Assembly: GCF_006345805.1 (NCBI RefSeq)
Contig: NC_043002.1
Coordinates: 77,624,001 to 77,688,000 of the forward strand
From: Octopus sinensis
Lineage: Eukaryota
DNA length: 64,000 bases
Direction: 5' to 3'
Shown: positions 1 to 12,580 of the stretch, piece by piece
How the letters are laid out: each line of letters begins with the position of its first letter
Numbering within the stretch: the first letter of the stretch is position 1
The notes under the pieces: model-generated
The model's database searches: none
Told to the model about the DNA's origin: nothing
Seen by the model: the letters and a program-made list of their open reading frames with translations, nothing else
Program-made: the position numbers and the translations under genes

Positions 1-117
1 TAATGGATCTACAGGTGCAATATCCCTGCATATCTCATGTCTATTTTCATTCCTCCACTTCACTCTCTATTTCATATCTTATCTAAAATAACTATTGCTT
101 AACCATTTTCTCACACC

Positions 118-165
118 GTCTCCGATGAAGGGATATATAAAATATCCTGGAAACAGCTGTAAGAC
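118..165 (+). ncRNA. Minimal type I hammerhead ribozyme motif in a Penelope-like 3' remnant
   Basis: GTCT-CCGATGA-AGGGATAT ataaa ATATCCTG-GAAAC-AGCT-GTA-AGAC. Helix I GTCT/AGAC, helix II GGATAT/ATATCC, palindromic helix III ACAGCTGT, GUA triplet. The core has U4C (CCGAUGA). Confidence 0.75.
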
Positions 166-964
166 CTATTTATACTATAATTTGTAACTTCATCCAGTGT
201 AATTTTGTATTATTTTTTAAAAATCTTTGTCTGAAGAATTGCAGAAATGTTTTTCTATAAGTATACCTATGTGTACAAACACACACACACATGTGTAAAA
301 TGGAATTCAAAATATACCAAATTTTTCCAGTCTTTTGTTTTGATATGTAATTACTCTGCAAACAGAATTCACCAAAAATTTCAAATGCTTTCTATGTTTC
401 ATTTAAAATAAAATATCTACATACATACAATTGATTACTGTGAATATATGGACATGCTTCGCAAGGACACACACACACACACACACACAATATATATATA
501 TATATATATATACCTGTAAATATAATATGTCACAATTATTTGGTAATCATGATAAAACTCCGAGTTTCGGATGTCGGGGCAGAAACCTACGCCGGCATCT
601 CTTCAGTTATGCCAGCATGGGTTTCCACCCTGACATCTGAAACTTGGAGTTTTTTCATGGCTACCAAATAATTGTCACATATTATAAATTCTTCTATTTG
701 CATAATATCGAGGTCTCTTTCATTCTTTTGTTGTCTTACTCTTACTAAATGTGTTGAGTGCATTTTTCTTTCATTTGTCCACCCATGCATATGTGTATGT
801 GTGTGTGTGTATATATATATATGTATACATCTATATATATATATGTGTGTGTGTATGTGTGTGTATTTATATAGACAGACAAACAAACTGAGATATGTAT
901 GTATACATGTGTGTGTGTATGTGTCAGCTTTCTGTCTGTCTGTATGAATGTACGTATGTATGTA

Positions 965-2207
965 CAGGGGGCAATGGATAAATTGTCACCATTTTATATT
1001 TTTTAATTTCATACATGCACATTGTTTGTTTTTGATTTTGTTGGAAACAAAGTATAGTAGGGTCAGTCGGACACCGTCTGTAAGATAAACTTTGCCAGAA
1101 ATTTGGAAATGACATGCTATACTGCTTGGCATTCATGCTGGAAGCTCCAATACAAACCTTTCAAAGTGTTTCGATACCAAACTGAAAGCAATGCAATCTG
1201 AGGACATGTACTGAGAGTGATAAAAATCAAACATCCACTCAACATCATGATGTTTGGAGTGATCAGTAAGTGATGGCGACGTTATGCCTCCATTCATCTT
1301 CCCAAATGGCCTCAGACTCAACACAAAGGCTTACATCAAGTGCCTAGAGGAGGTAGTGCTACCCTGGCTCAAGAGGGTGGCTGCTGGAAGATCCTGAGTC
1401 TGGCAACAGCACTCTGCACCATGCTACACATACAGAACTCAATCATGGCTGTCAGAAAATTTCTATGACCTAATCACCCCTAACATCTGGCCGCCTAATT
1501 CCCCAGACTGCAAACCCCTTGATTATTATGTGTGGGGTGCAGTTAAGCAAAAGATCAACAAAACTCCTTGTAATATCAAAGATGAACTGAAGGCAAGGAT
1601 TATGGCAGCATTCACCAACTTAAACAAAGAGACCGTCCAGAAGAGTTGCACGAAATTCTGAAGTTATTTCAAGACTGTGGTTGAAGCCAATGGCAATTTT
1701 AGTATTTCAAGATATCTTTATGTTATTTTGGTAAATATGTTCGTTAAAATGAGATGTCAATGTTATTTTCATTTCTGCGTAATGTAGGCGACATGGAGGC
1801 ACAATGGTCCAGTGGTTAGGGCAGCGGATTTGCAGTCTTAGGATCGCGGTTTCAATTCCCAGACCAGGCGTTGTAAGTATTTATTAAGCGAAAACACCTA
1901 AAGTTCCACAAGACTCCAGCAGGGGTTGGTGGTGAACCCTGCTGTACTCTTTCACCACAACTTTCTCTCACTCTTTCTTCCTGTTTCTGTTGTACCTGTA
2001 TTTCAAAGGGCCAGCCTTGTCACACTCTGTTTCATGCTGAATCTCCCCGAGAACTATGTTAAGGGTACACGTGTCTGTGGAGTGCTCAGCCACTTGTACG
2101 TTAATTTCACAAGCAGGCTGTTCCGTTGATCGGATCATCTGGAAAACTCGTTGTCGTAACCGACGGAGTGCCATCGATGTAGACAGCAATTTATTCACCG
2201 CACCCTG
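965..2207 (+). mobile_element. Decayed Tc1/mariner-superfamily transposon, maT (DD37D)-like, interrupted by a SINE
   Basis: Degenerate TIRs (TA|CAGGGGGCAATGGATAAATTG ... CAATTTATTCACCGCACCCTG). The + strand at about 1245-1710 translates with stops to MMFGVISSDGDVMPPFIFPNGLRLNT...WQQHSAPC...WPPNSPDCKPLDYYVWGAV...TVVEANG. Confidence 0.88.
1795..2173 (+). mobile_element. tRNA-derived SINE (family C of this window) nested in the maT element
   Basis: A-box-like TGGTCCAGTGGTTAGG and B-box-like GGTTTCAATTCCC. The body and 3' end (GGGTACACGTGTCTGTGGAGTGCTCAGCC...GTCGTAACCGACGGAGTGCCA) recur at 38283-38600 (+), and the head and body recur at 43360-43668 (-). Confidence 0.85.
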
Positions 2208-2459
2208 TGTGTTTGTGTCTGCATACATGCATGAGTATCTGAGTATGTGTCTATCTATTTAGATATACATGTATACCCCATATTTTGTATAGCACAGTAT
2301 ATTTATGCTTAAAGCATATATAGTTTTACTGTGAAATGAATCATGGGGTTAGCAAGATGATATATGTTTTAAAACCTATAGGTGTGTTTCAGTATACTGA
2401 ATGTTTAGCTTCCATGCTGTGTTTAATGTAATAATGATATCTACCTACATATAAGCATA

Positions 2460-2559
2460 AATATATGCATACATACATACATGCATACACACACACACAT
2501 ACATACATGCATACATACATACGTACATACACATACATACATACACATACATACATACA

Positions 2560-2590
<31 letters not shown>

Positions 2591-2899
2591 GTATGGATGT
2601 ATGTGTTTATGCTTGTGTATATGCAGATTGGTAAATAGATAAGCAGGTCAGAAGACAAGTAATTGATGTGTGTGTGTGTCTGTATATATATATATGTATG
2701 TATGTATGTGTGTATGTATGCATGTATATACACATAAAACGGACGTTAAACGATGATGATGATGATGATGATGATGATGATATATATATATACACACATA
2801 CATACATACATATACATACACATAAATATATATACATGTATGTATGTATAAATATATATATGCATATATGTATGTGTATATAGATGCATATACGTATGC

Positions 2900-2932
<33 letters not shown>

Positions 2933-3036
2933 TATTCATACACAGATATACATACATATATATGTAAAATAGCATATGCATATATTCATACATAGATATG
3001 TATGTTTTATATATATATACATATATATATACACAC

Positions 3037-3083
<47 letters not shown>

Positions 3084-3134
3084 TATATATATACATATAT
3101 AATATATAAACACACTATAATATACAATATATGC

Positions 3135-3187
<53 letters not shown>

Positions 3188-3364
3188 TATATATATGCAT
3201 GTATACTTATACGCACATATATGTGTGTATGTAACATTATACATATGTGTGTGTACATTTATATATTATGTATATGTATGTGTGCATGTGTGTATATATA
3301 TATATAACAGAGATATAGATAAACACACATATATATATACATATATATAGCATAATATATAGAT

Positions 3365-3416
<52 letters not shown>

Positions 3417-3511
3417 TGTATCATTATACGCACATATATGTGTGTATGTATTACATTATACATATGTGTGTGTACATTTATATATTATGTATATGTATGT
3501 GTGCATGTGTG

Positions 3512-3546
<35 letters not shown>

Positions 3547-3552
3547 CTATAT

Positions 3553-3600
<48 letters not shown>

Positions 3601-3780
3601 TACATATGTGTGTATATATACATTATACATATGTGTGTGTGTGTATTTATATATTATGCATATATCTATACACACACACACACATATATTTACTTCCATA
3701 CTTTATATAAATATATATATATATACATGATATATAAATACTTACTTAGTTACCAGACTGTCTTACTAGATACATACCTA
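2460..3780. repeat. Compound microsatellite block (TACA/TA/CA/GAT)
   Basis: Directly visible runs. The ORF-track proteins here are Y-I, H-T and C-V dipeptide repeats. Confidence 0.95.
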
Positions 3781-4030
3781 TAGTAGGTGCTTGTTTGTGT
3801 AATTTTTTTCATTTTGCTTTTTATGATTTACAGATGTGGATACAAACTTAATTTTCCTGACATACTTTTAGAATAAATTTAGTAAATTATTCCAAACAAA
3901 TTACTTCATGTTGTAAACAACATGCACCCCCCCACCCATCACCACCATATTTGAGTTAATGACGGACTATTTATGCTGTTGCTCGATCCACTAGAAATAA
4001 CAACCAAATCTCTCTCAAATCACACACTAT

Positions 4031-4080
<50 letters not shown>

Positions 4081-4083
<3 letters not shown>

Positions 4084-4870
4084 TGGTGGGCACAACTAAC
4101 GAAAAAGTTAGTTTCGCCAACTGCTAATCCACTAACTAAAAAAACATGCCAAGATCAGATGATGGTCAATGTGTACTACTCTGGTTGGGCCTTTTCAATC
4201 GCCTTGATGTGATGCTGGTTGCCCTTCATAAACATCAGCCTCTTAAAGTTACCATCTGACAGGGTGGCTCTCTTGGCCCTCAAAATATCTTTGCTTATAG
4301 AGAACAGGTGCTCAACTGCAGCACTGGATGGAATGGCAGTGTTATATTTGGTGATCAGGTCAATCATGACCTGCTCACCCAAAAATGTGAGTTCAGTTAG
4401 GACCTCCTTCAGCAAGGTCTTCACCAATTTCTGCACCTCAGATTTTAGTGACCTGTGGATCCTGCTTTCCTGGAACCGAGTGATGTTGCTGAAGAAATCA
4501 ACTTCCTCATCCTAATTACTGATGGTACTACTGCCCTCCTCATTTGTCTCCATGGTATTCATTACTCTGCTGACCTGGCTGTTATTATATTGCTCCAGCC
4601 AGAACAGGCAAAACTTGGGGTGGAAGGCAGTGGCCAGCTGGTACTCCAGGTATTCTAGGAGGAGCCCAAACCTTTTTGTAATGCTTGCCAATATCTCGTC
4701 TACCAGAGGACTGCAGTACAGGAGATGTTTCAACTTGGCCTCCTTCAACTTCATGACAGTAGCTGCTACAGTTGGCAGAAGGCACCCAAGATAGGCCTGG
4801 TCCTCCCCCTGGATGATTTTATTCAAGGCCTTGGCATCACCTGGGCATACTCCATCAGGAAGCCAACATC
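4081..4870 (-). mobile_element. hAT transposon fragment (C-terminal transposase with dimerization domain, one terminus)
   Basis: Minus ORFs give ...YQLATAFHPKF... and KYNTAIPSSAAVEHLFSISKDILRAKRATLSDGNFKRLMFMKGN (hATC motif PSSAAVERLFS). A hAT-like terminus CAGTGGTGGGCA lies at 4081, next to (TA)n. Confidence 0.88.
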
Positions 4871-5241
4871 AGAATCAGTACTTAGTGTTTTTACTTATTA
4901 TATTATATTTATCATTCATTTTATACTTTTTGAAAAAAAAAAAAAATATAGATATATATATATATATATATATACTCTTTTATATATATATATCATCATC
5001 ATCATCATCATCATCATCATCGTTTATATATATATATATATATATATTATATTAATTATATATATTATTTATTATTTATGTATTGGTTTATATCTATCAC
5101 TGTTTGAGTTGCATAATAGTGGTTTTATCTCTAATTCATAATTTATATATTTATACTGTGAAAATTGATTTAATACTAAATTGAATTTTTCCCTGTAAGT
5201 TGTAGTTATGCTCCCTAATATTATATATATGCATATATATG

Positions 5242-5293
<52 letters not shown>

Positions 5294-5330
5294 CATATAT
5301 ATGTGTGTGTGGTGTGTGTGTAATATATAA

Positions 5331-5890
5331 ATCATCATCATCCTTTAACGTCCGCTTTCCATGCTAGCATGGGTTGGACGATTTGACTGAGGACTGGCGA
5401 ACCAGATGGCTGCACCAGGCTGCAATCTTGATCTGCCAGAGTTTCTACAGCTTGATGCCCTTCTTAATGCCAACCATTCCGAGAGTGTAGTGGGTGCTTT
5501 TACGTGCCACCTGCATGAGGGCTAGTCTGGTGGTACTGGCAACGGCCACGCTCGAAATGGTGTTTTTTATGTGCCACCTGCACTGGAGTCATTCCAGTGG
5601 CACTGGCAATGACCTCGCTCGAACGTTTTGTTCATGTGCCAGTGAGGCGACGCTGGTAACAATCACGCTCAGATGGTGCTTTTTACGTACCTACCGGCAC
5701 AGAAGCCAGACAGCTGCTCTGGCAGTGATCCTGCTTGGATGGAGCTGGTAGCGCTCCACTGGCATGGGCGCCAGTCATCGAATTTGGTTCAATTTCGATT
5801 TCCCTTGCCCCAACAGGTCTTCGCAAGCAGAGTTTAGTGTCCAATGAAGGGAGATTGGCATGGGTGCAAGTCGTCAAATTTAGTTCGATT
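5331..5890 (-). mobile_element. RTE-type 3' UTR/tail repeat ending in (GAT)n
   Basis: The reverse complement ends GCATGGAAAGCGGACGTTAAAGGATGATGATG. The same tail follows the RTE ORF2 C-terminus at 62784-63970 and recurs about a dozen times (e.g. near 7250, 8860, 16690, 25090, 49200, 50870, 62270). Confidence 0.8.
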
Positions 5891-5894
5891 TCGA

Positions 5895-5927
<33 letters not shown>

Positions 5928-5979
5928 TGTATGTATATCTAAATATATATAATATATATATTATATATAATGTATATAT

Positions 5980-6019
<40 letters not shown>

Positions 6020-6039
6020 ATATATATATATATATAGAT

Positions 6040-6826
6040 ATCAACAATCAAGGAACGGCCATGATAGGCCATTCACCCACTAGAAATAACAGCCAAGCTT
6101 CAACCGCAAATAAAGATTAATTCCGTAAACAGGAGAAAATTTAAAAAACATTTACCCTGTAATTTCTTGACGATGCACCGTTTCATCTGCTGTTTAATGG
6201 TAACTAACCTGATTAAATTAAATCAAGCCAATCTTCCATAGGCCCTCAGATTCTTCAGCAAGAATAGCCAAGTCGGAACAGATATTTTCACGAGGCATTT
6301 CAAACCTGCCACGGTAATATCTGACCTAAAATTTTCAAATCGTCGCACTCGCGCCAAATTTATCGGCAGCAAATAAATATAACGTTGATTCATTACGGAA
6401 TTAACCAGAAATTCATAATTAATCAATATAGGGTGCCACCCTATATTGATTAATTAGAATTTTTGGTTAATCCGTAATGGAATCGACGGCTTATATTTAT
6501 TGCGCCGATAAATTTGGCGCGAGTGCGACGATTTGAAAATTTTAGGTCAGATATACCGTGGCAGGGTTTGAAATGCCTCGTGAAAATATATGTTTCCGAC
6601 TTGGCTATTTCTTGCTGAAGAATCTGAGGCCTATGGAAGATTGGCTTGATTTAATTTAATCAGGTTAGTTACATTAAACAGCAGATGAAACGGTGCATCG
6701 TACAAGAAATTACAGGGTAAATGTTTTTAATTTCTCCTTTACGGATTATATTTATTTGCGTTGATAAGCTTTGGCTGTTATTTCTAGTGGGTGAATGGCC
6801 TATCATGCCGTTCCTTGATTGTTGAT
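6040..6826. repeat. Long inverted repeat (fold-back) with arms of about 390 bp and a 1-nt spacer
   Basis: Centre AATCAATATAGGGTG-C-CACCCTATATTGATT (spacer at 6436). The arms match out to ATCAACAATCAAGGAACGG / CCGTTCCTTGATTGTTGAT and differ mainly by 1-2 nt indels. Confidence 0.95.
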
Positions 6827-6999
6827 GTTGAACTTAAAAATGGTCTATGACTATTTAATTTTTCCACTAGGCCGCTGGTGGCAAAAAGAATTCTACAAAA
6901 TTTTTTCTGCCCCCCTATATTAATTATTATATATATATATTATATATATATATATAATATATATATATTATATATCTATATATATATATGTATATATAT

Positions 7000-7051
<52 letters not shown>

Positions 7052-7107
7052 AATACATAATAAAGTGTACTATATATATTATATATACACATGTATATAT
7101 GTGTGTG

Positions 7108-7138
<31 letters not shown>

Positions 7139-7959
7139 CATACACTTAAAAACACCCAGTCGACACAGTAAAGTAGTTGGTGTTCGAAAGGGTATCCAGC
7201 TGTAAAAACCTCTCCAAAACTCACCTTGCCTGTGCTTGTGCCACATTAAAAGCACTAAGTCCACTCTGCTGAATGGTTGTTATTAGGAAGGGCATCCAGC
7301 TGTAAAAATCTTGCCAAAACAGTTACAGAAGTCCGGTGCAGGCTTTGGTGTGGAACCATCCCACCCATGCTAGCATGGAAGATGGATATTAATCAATGAT
7401 GATGGTGATGATGATGAAACAATGGGCTTCTTTCAGTTTCCATCTACCAAAGCCACTCACAAGACTTTGGTCAGCCTGGGGATATAGTAGAAGACATTTG
7501 CCTGAAGTGCTATGCAGTGGGATTGAACCCGGAACCGTGTGGTTGGGAAGCAAGCTTCTTACCACACAGCCACTTCTGCACCTATATAAATAACAGACTT
7601 TTAAAAATAAGTACGGGAGGCCATTTATTCGACTAAACTCTTCAAGTTTGTGATTCAAGCATGACTGCAGTCCAATGACTGGAACAAGTAAAAGAATTAA
7701 AAGGACAAAAATAGATCTCTCTTGTGCAGGTGACATGATAAAATCCATCTGGTTGATGCTGTAAAGTAGTTGGCATAGGAAGATCAGTCAACTATGAAAA
7801 CCAGGCCAAAAGAAGTAAGAAGCTTGTCACACAACAAGAGAAGAAATTAATGGCCTTTCTTTAGTTTTTCCCTCAATGTTGTGTGTGACAGTTTATAAAA
7901 GGTTACAATAGAGTTATCTAAGAACCCAACTCAGCATGGAAAAAGGGCACAAAACCACA

Positions 7960-8085
7960 GTGATGATCACAACAGTGGCATTGACAATGATCACAATGAT
8001 GATGACGATGACAACAGTGGTGGTGGTTGCTGTCAGTGTCTTCATTGATGATGATGACGATGATGATGGTGGTTGCGGTGGCGAC

Positions 8086-8118
<33 letters not shown>

Positions 8119-8480
8119 GATGGTAGTGGTGGCAGTAATGATGATGATGGTAGTGGTAGTGGCAGCGTTGCTGTTGATGACAGTGATGATTATGACGATG
8201 ATCATAGTGATGGTGCTGTTGCTGCTGCTGCTCATAGTGGTGAATGTGATGATGATGGTTGTGGTGGTAGCAATGTTGATGTTGTTGATGATGATGATGA
8301 TGATAGAGGCAGCAGTAGTGTAGTTGTTGATAATGATGGTGATGATAGTGACAGTGGTGGTAGCTATGTTGCTGTAGTTGTTAATAATGATGATATTGGT
8401 GGTGGCAGTGTTGTTGTTACTATTGTTGTTGTTGATGGTGATGATGATGAAGATGACAACAACAGTGATGATGATACAAG
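7960..8480. repeat. Mosaic trinucleotide tract (GAT/GGT/GTT/AGT)
   Basis: Triplet-periodic low-complexity sequence that yields D/G/V-rich pseudo-ORFs. Confidence 0.9.
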
Positions 8481-9599
8481 TAATAGTATGTGGGGTCAGT
8501 GGAATGCTGACACAGACACACACGGAGATTTATTTATTATCATGTTGACACAAACGAAAAAAAAAACTTGTGCACGACATAATAGACATTTCACCATTTT
8601 CATCATTATTCCCAATTTTAAGAAATTTTCCTTTAGATAAATTTTAGATATGTTAAAACTGTCATTTATAAAAAAAAAATCATCATAATTTCCTTTCTTC
8701 TAGGTTTTCTTTAATCTCACCAGAGCTGGTGCTGCATAAAAGGCACCCAATCCATTTTGTAAAGTGGTTGGCATTATGAAGGGCATTCAGCCATGAAAAC
8801 TATACCAAAACATTTTTCACCAGTGTCGGTGCCACATAAAAGGTACCCAGTCCATTCTGTAACGTGGTTGGCATTAGGAAGGGCATCTAGCTGTAAAAAC
8901 AGACAGTGAAGCTGGGTGCAGTCCTCTGGTTTGCCAGCTCCTGTCAAACTGTCCAACCCATGCCACCATGGAAGATGGATGTTAAATGATGCTGATGATG
9001 ATGATGATGACGACAACAACAACAACGATTATATGTTTACTCTGTAAGACACTATTCCACACCTTTTATCATCGTACATTACAGTTTCTTTTATTTTCAA
9101 TCGTCTCACAAAATGTTTCCCAAATTTTTAAACACTTTCTTTACACATTAAAACATTATCTTCAAGATTAATATTACACACTTCAAGCAGGCCATATTAT
9201 ATTCACCTCATTCATCCAACTATTTGCAAGTACTTTGTCATTACTATTTATATTTTCAAGCCATGCTTTGGTCTCATACATTACACATCTTATGTTCTGA
9301 ATGAAGAAGATTCTCTTTGTCCTCTAAACTGTATTATGGCATACTTCTAACACATGCTTCATGCTGTCTGCTTTAGTAAAAAAAAAAAATACAGGATCTT
9401 CTTTGTTATCAAAGGGCAGATGTTCCATAAACTTCATTTGGTTTTGAAGTTATAGATAATGATCTAAAACATTAAAGAAAATGAGTAAATATCCCGAATA
9501 CAAAAATAAGAATAATGTCACCATTGCACCAAATCAACTATGTCATATAAATGTCTAGAGAATACATTATTCTTAGATGCCATCTGCATAGAACAAAAA

Positions 9600-10090
9600 T
9601 AGTTAAGTTAATAACTCTTTAACTAGTTTCAGCTCAAGGGCTGTGGCCATGCTGGGGTACCACTATTAGCTTTGCTAAACCCCCACTACTTGAAATCTTC
9701 TCTGATATGCGACATTTGGTAAATGAGGGAGTTTTGATGCTGCAACCTTCAACTATGTTTCCTGCTGTGATGCAGACTCATCCAGAATCTTTGACAAGAG
9801 GAGACCCAGCTTTGTTTTGAAGATACTTTAACCCACACAATGCTCTTGGGTTCTCTCAGGTTCCCGGGGAGGATATTGAAACTCTCAGGTTCTTGAGGAG
9901 GATATTGAAACTCTCAGGTTCTTGAGGAGGATACTGAAAAGCTGTGGGCCCTCGAAACCCAGGCTATTGCAATATCTAGTCCTGTATTTTAATGGCAATG
10001 TTAGGATCCTTATGCACTGGCATTGTGTAATTTCAATGCCAAAGTGTAGTACAAGTCATTCCAGGATTTTCCAGAGGTATATCACTGCAT
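9600..10090 (-). mobile_element. CR1-group LINE ORF2 C-terminal/3' remnant
   Basis: Minus translation KYRTRYCNSLGFEGPQLFSILLKNLR...IFKTKLGLLLSKILDES...AAS resembles the GPxLFNxLP...FKxxLDxxLxxIPDEP C-terminus of invertebrate CR1-group LINEs. It contains a 29-bp triplication at 9853-9939. Confidence 0.7.
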
Positions 10091-10856
10091 ATCTTTAATG
10101 TTAGGAGAATTAAAATGCTTGCAAGGAAAAATTATTTGGTACAAAATAACATTAAGCTTTGACTCTAGGAAAATACATCTTTGTTGCACCTGCTTGAAGG
10201 AGAATAATAATAATATTTTGAATTTTTATTTTTATTTTTGCAAGCTCAAGAGATAACTTCAGACATGATTTGGTCTTATAAGTCCTGACCTCCTCAGTAA
10301 ATTGTAGGCACAATAATACTTGCCTAGGTTGAGAGGAAAAAAAATGAAGTATATGAACAATAAAATATATTTTAGGTGTAAAAAACAATATTTAAGTTGG
10401 TGTTAACATATTTAGTATAGGGAGGAACAAAACACTAATTAATGACTAATATTGTTTTGTTTTTTACTCTCACAATATAATTTTCTCTAGTCAGAAATTT
10501 TTATGCCCTTGACATTTAATATACTACCATTATTGTGTGTGTGTGTGTGTGTAAATATATGTATATTTTCGTACGTATGTATTATGTATGCACAAGCATG
10601 ACTGTGTGATTGTAGAGTTCAGTTTAGAAGCAAGTGGTTTCGGATTCCATCCAACGAGGCAGGTGTCTCCTACTAACCAATGCCTTGTGAGTGAAACTGG
10701 TGGATGTAAACCACATGAAAATCCATCATATACACAAACCACACACACATGCATACAGAAACTTATACACATATGTATGCATATATATATATATATACAA
10801 TATATATGCTTATATATATATATATATGTATATATATGTTTATATATATATATGTT

Positions 10857-10887
<31 letters not shown>

Positions 10888-10900
10888 GTTTATATATATA

Positions 10901-10948
<48 letters not shown>

Positions 10949-12119
10949 CATGCATGCATATGTATATATATGTGTGTGTAATATACATATGCATATATAT
11001 ATATATATACATATATATGTTAAGTATGTGTATATATGAATATATGTATATGTTTTTACATATATATCTATGTATATGTGTGTGTGAGTGTATGTACATG
11101 TGTGTGTGTATATATGCACATGTGTGTGTGTGTGGTGTGTATAATTATATATATATATATAAATATATATATTTCAGGATTAAATAAAAAGATAAATGGA
11201 AAATATGACCTACCTCTCTATATAATTAAAAAAAACATATAGTAAATAAACAAACGAACATATACTAAATACATTGACAGAGAGAAAACACAGAAGGGCA
11301 GGTCACCAATAGTTTATCAGTTATCGGCCAGAGGGTCAAATACAATTTCAGCCATTATCAATAATATTGCTTCCACTCTGGAGGCACCAACAAGAAACTT
11401 GCTGGGAATGGGGCCTAACCATAACAAATAAAATGAAACGGGCTCAAGATGAAACCATTTGTGGATGAACAGGGGAGAAAACAATCAACAGAATAAAGGC
11501 TTAGGGTCACACGACGACAACAATTAATAATGATAATACATATACAGCGTAAAGCCTTGGGGCTACAAGACTAGACAAAAATGGGTAATGTGAAGGAGAA
11601 ATGAAAACTGTCCTAAAGGATTATATGTGTATCTATTTATGTGCATATATTTATTTAAAAATTACAAAATGGGACAAGAATGCAAAACATCCTGACAGTT
11701 AGGTGATACAAGAAAGTGACAATTAAACATCCAGATCGACGATACAAAGAAAACAAAGACAGGTCATTCAGAGTTTTCTTTCCTCAGTCAAGTTCCAGAT
11801 TATCTTTGCAATTTCAGCTGGTTATATTCGAGATTGCTCCAATGTGGCCAACGCCAAGAAAAAACTAAGAGCATTAGATTCCTTGGAAGAAAGGAAGAAA
11901 AGAGCAAATGTATACGAAAACAAGGGCAGAAAAAAACAGAGAAAGTTACACAAATACAAATGACAGGACACAACAACAGATGTCTTTCGACTAAGGTCAA
12001 ATTAAATTAAGCTGGCATGTGTGGAAGTAAAACCTTACGACAGGGATACAAGAAACATGTTTTGGAAGTAAAAGAATTTGAATAACACCTGCATGTAACT
12101 CCATTTATACATATATACA

Positions 12120-12122
12120 TAG

Positions 12123-12153
<31 letters not shown>

Positions 12154-12162
12154 GATATAGAT

Positions 12163-12217
<55 letters not shown>

Positions 12218-12493
12218 CATAGATAGATAGATACATAGATAGATAGATAGATACATACATAGATAGATAGATACATAGATACATAGATAGACAGATAGAT
12301 AGATGTGTGTATTTTTCCCTTGTTAACAATTCACATGGAAAAAATAGATAAATAGATTTTTTGCTACCAGGGTAACTATAACCTTTGGAATGATACCAGT
12401 GATATCTTTGAAACATGTGTTGGAAGTAAAAGAATTAGAATAACACCTGCATTTAACTCCATTTTTATATATATATATATATATATATAGATA

Positions 12494-12529
<36 letters not shown>

Positions 12530-12580
12530 TGTATGTATGTATGTATGTATGTATGTATGTGTATGTATGTATGTATACAT
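12120..12580. repeat. (TA)n-(GATA)n and (TA)n-(TATG)n microsatellites, each preceded by the same ~54-bp unique sequence
   Basis: Directly visible. The leaders are at 12053-12106 and 12411-12464. Confidence 0.9.

Noticed and set aside
6676-6726. Hammerhead-like motif in the large palindrome (CAGATGA...GAAA)
   Set aside because: Position 4 is A, there are extra bases before GAAA, and no U16.1 or NUH triplet is in register. This is too many deviations.
9410-9463. Terminal coding exon on the minus strand (SLSITSKPNEVYGTSAL*)
   Set aside because: The acceptor is plausible, but the segment is too short and cannot be linked to a gene.
11755-11800. CTGAGGA motif on the minus strand as a hammerhead
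   Set aside because: No GAAA follows a closed helix II and there are no helix I or III partners. The surrounding repeat (about 11630-12050) is left unclassified.
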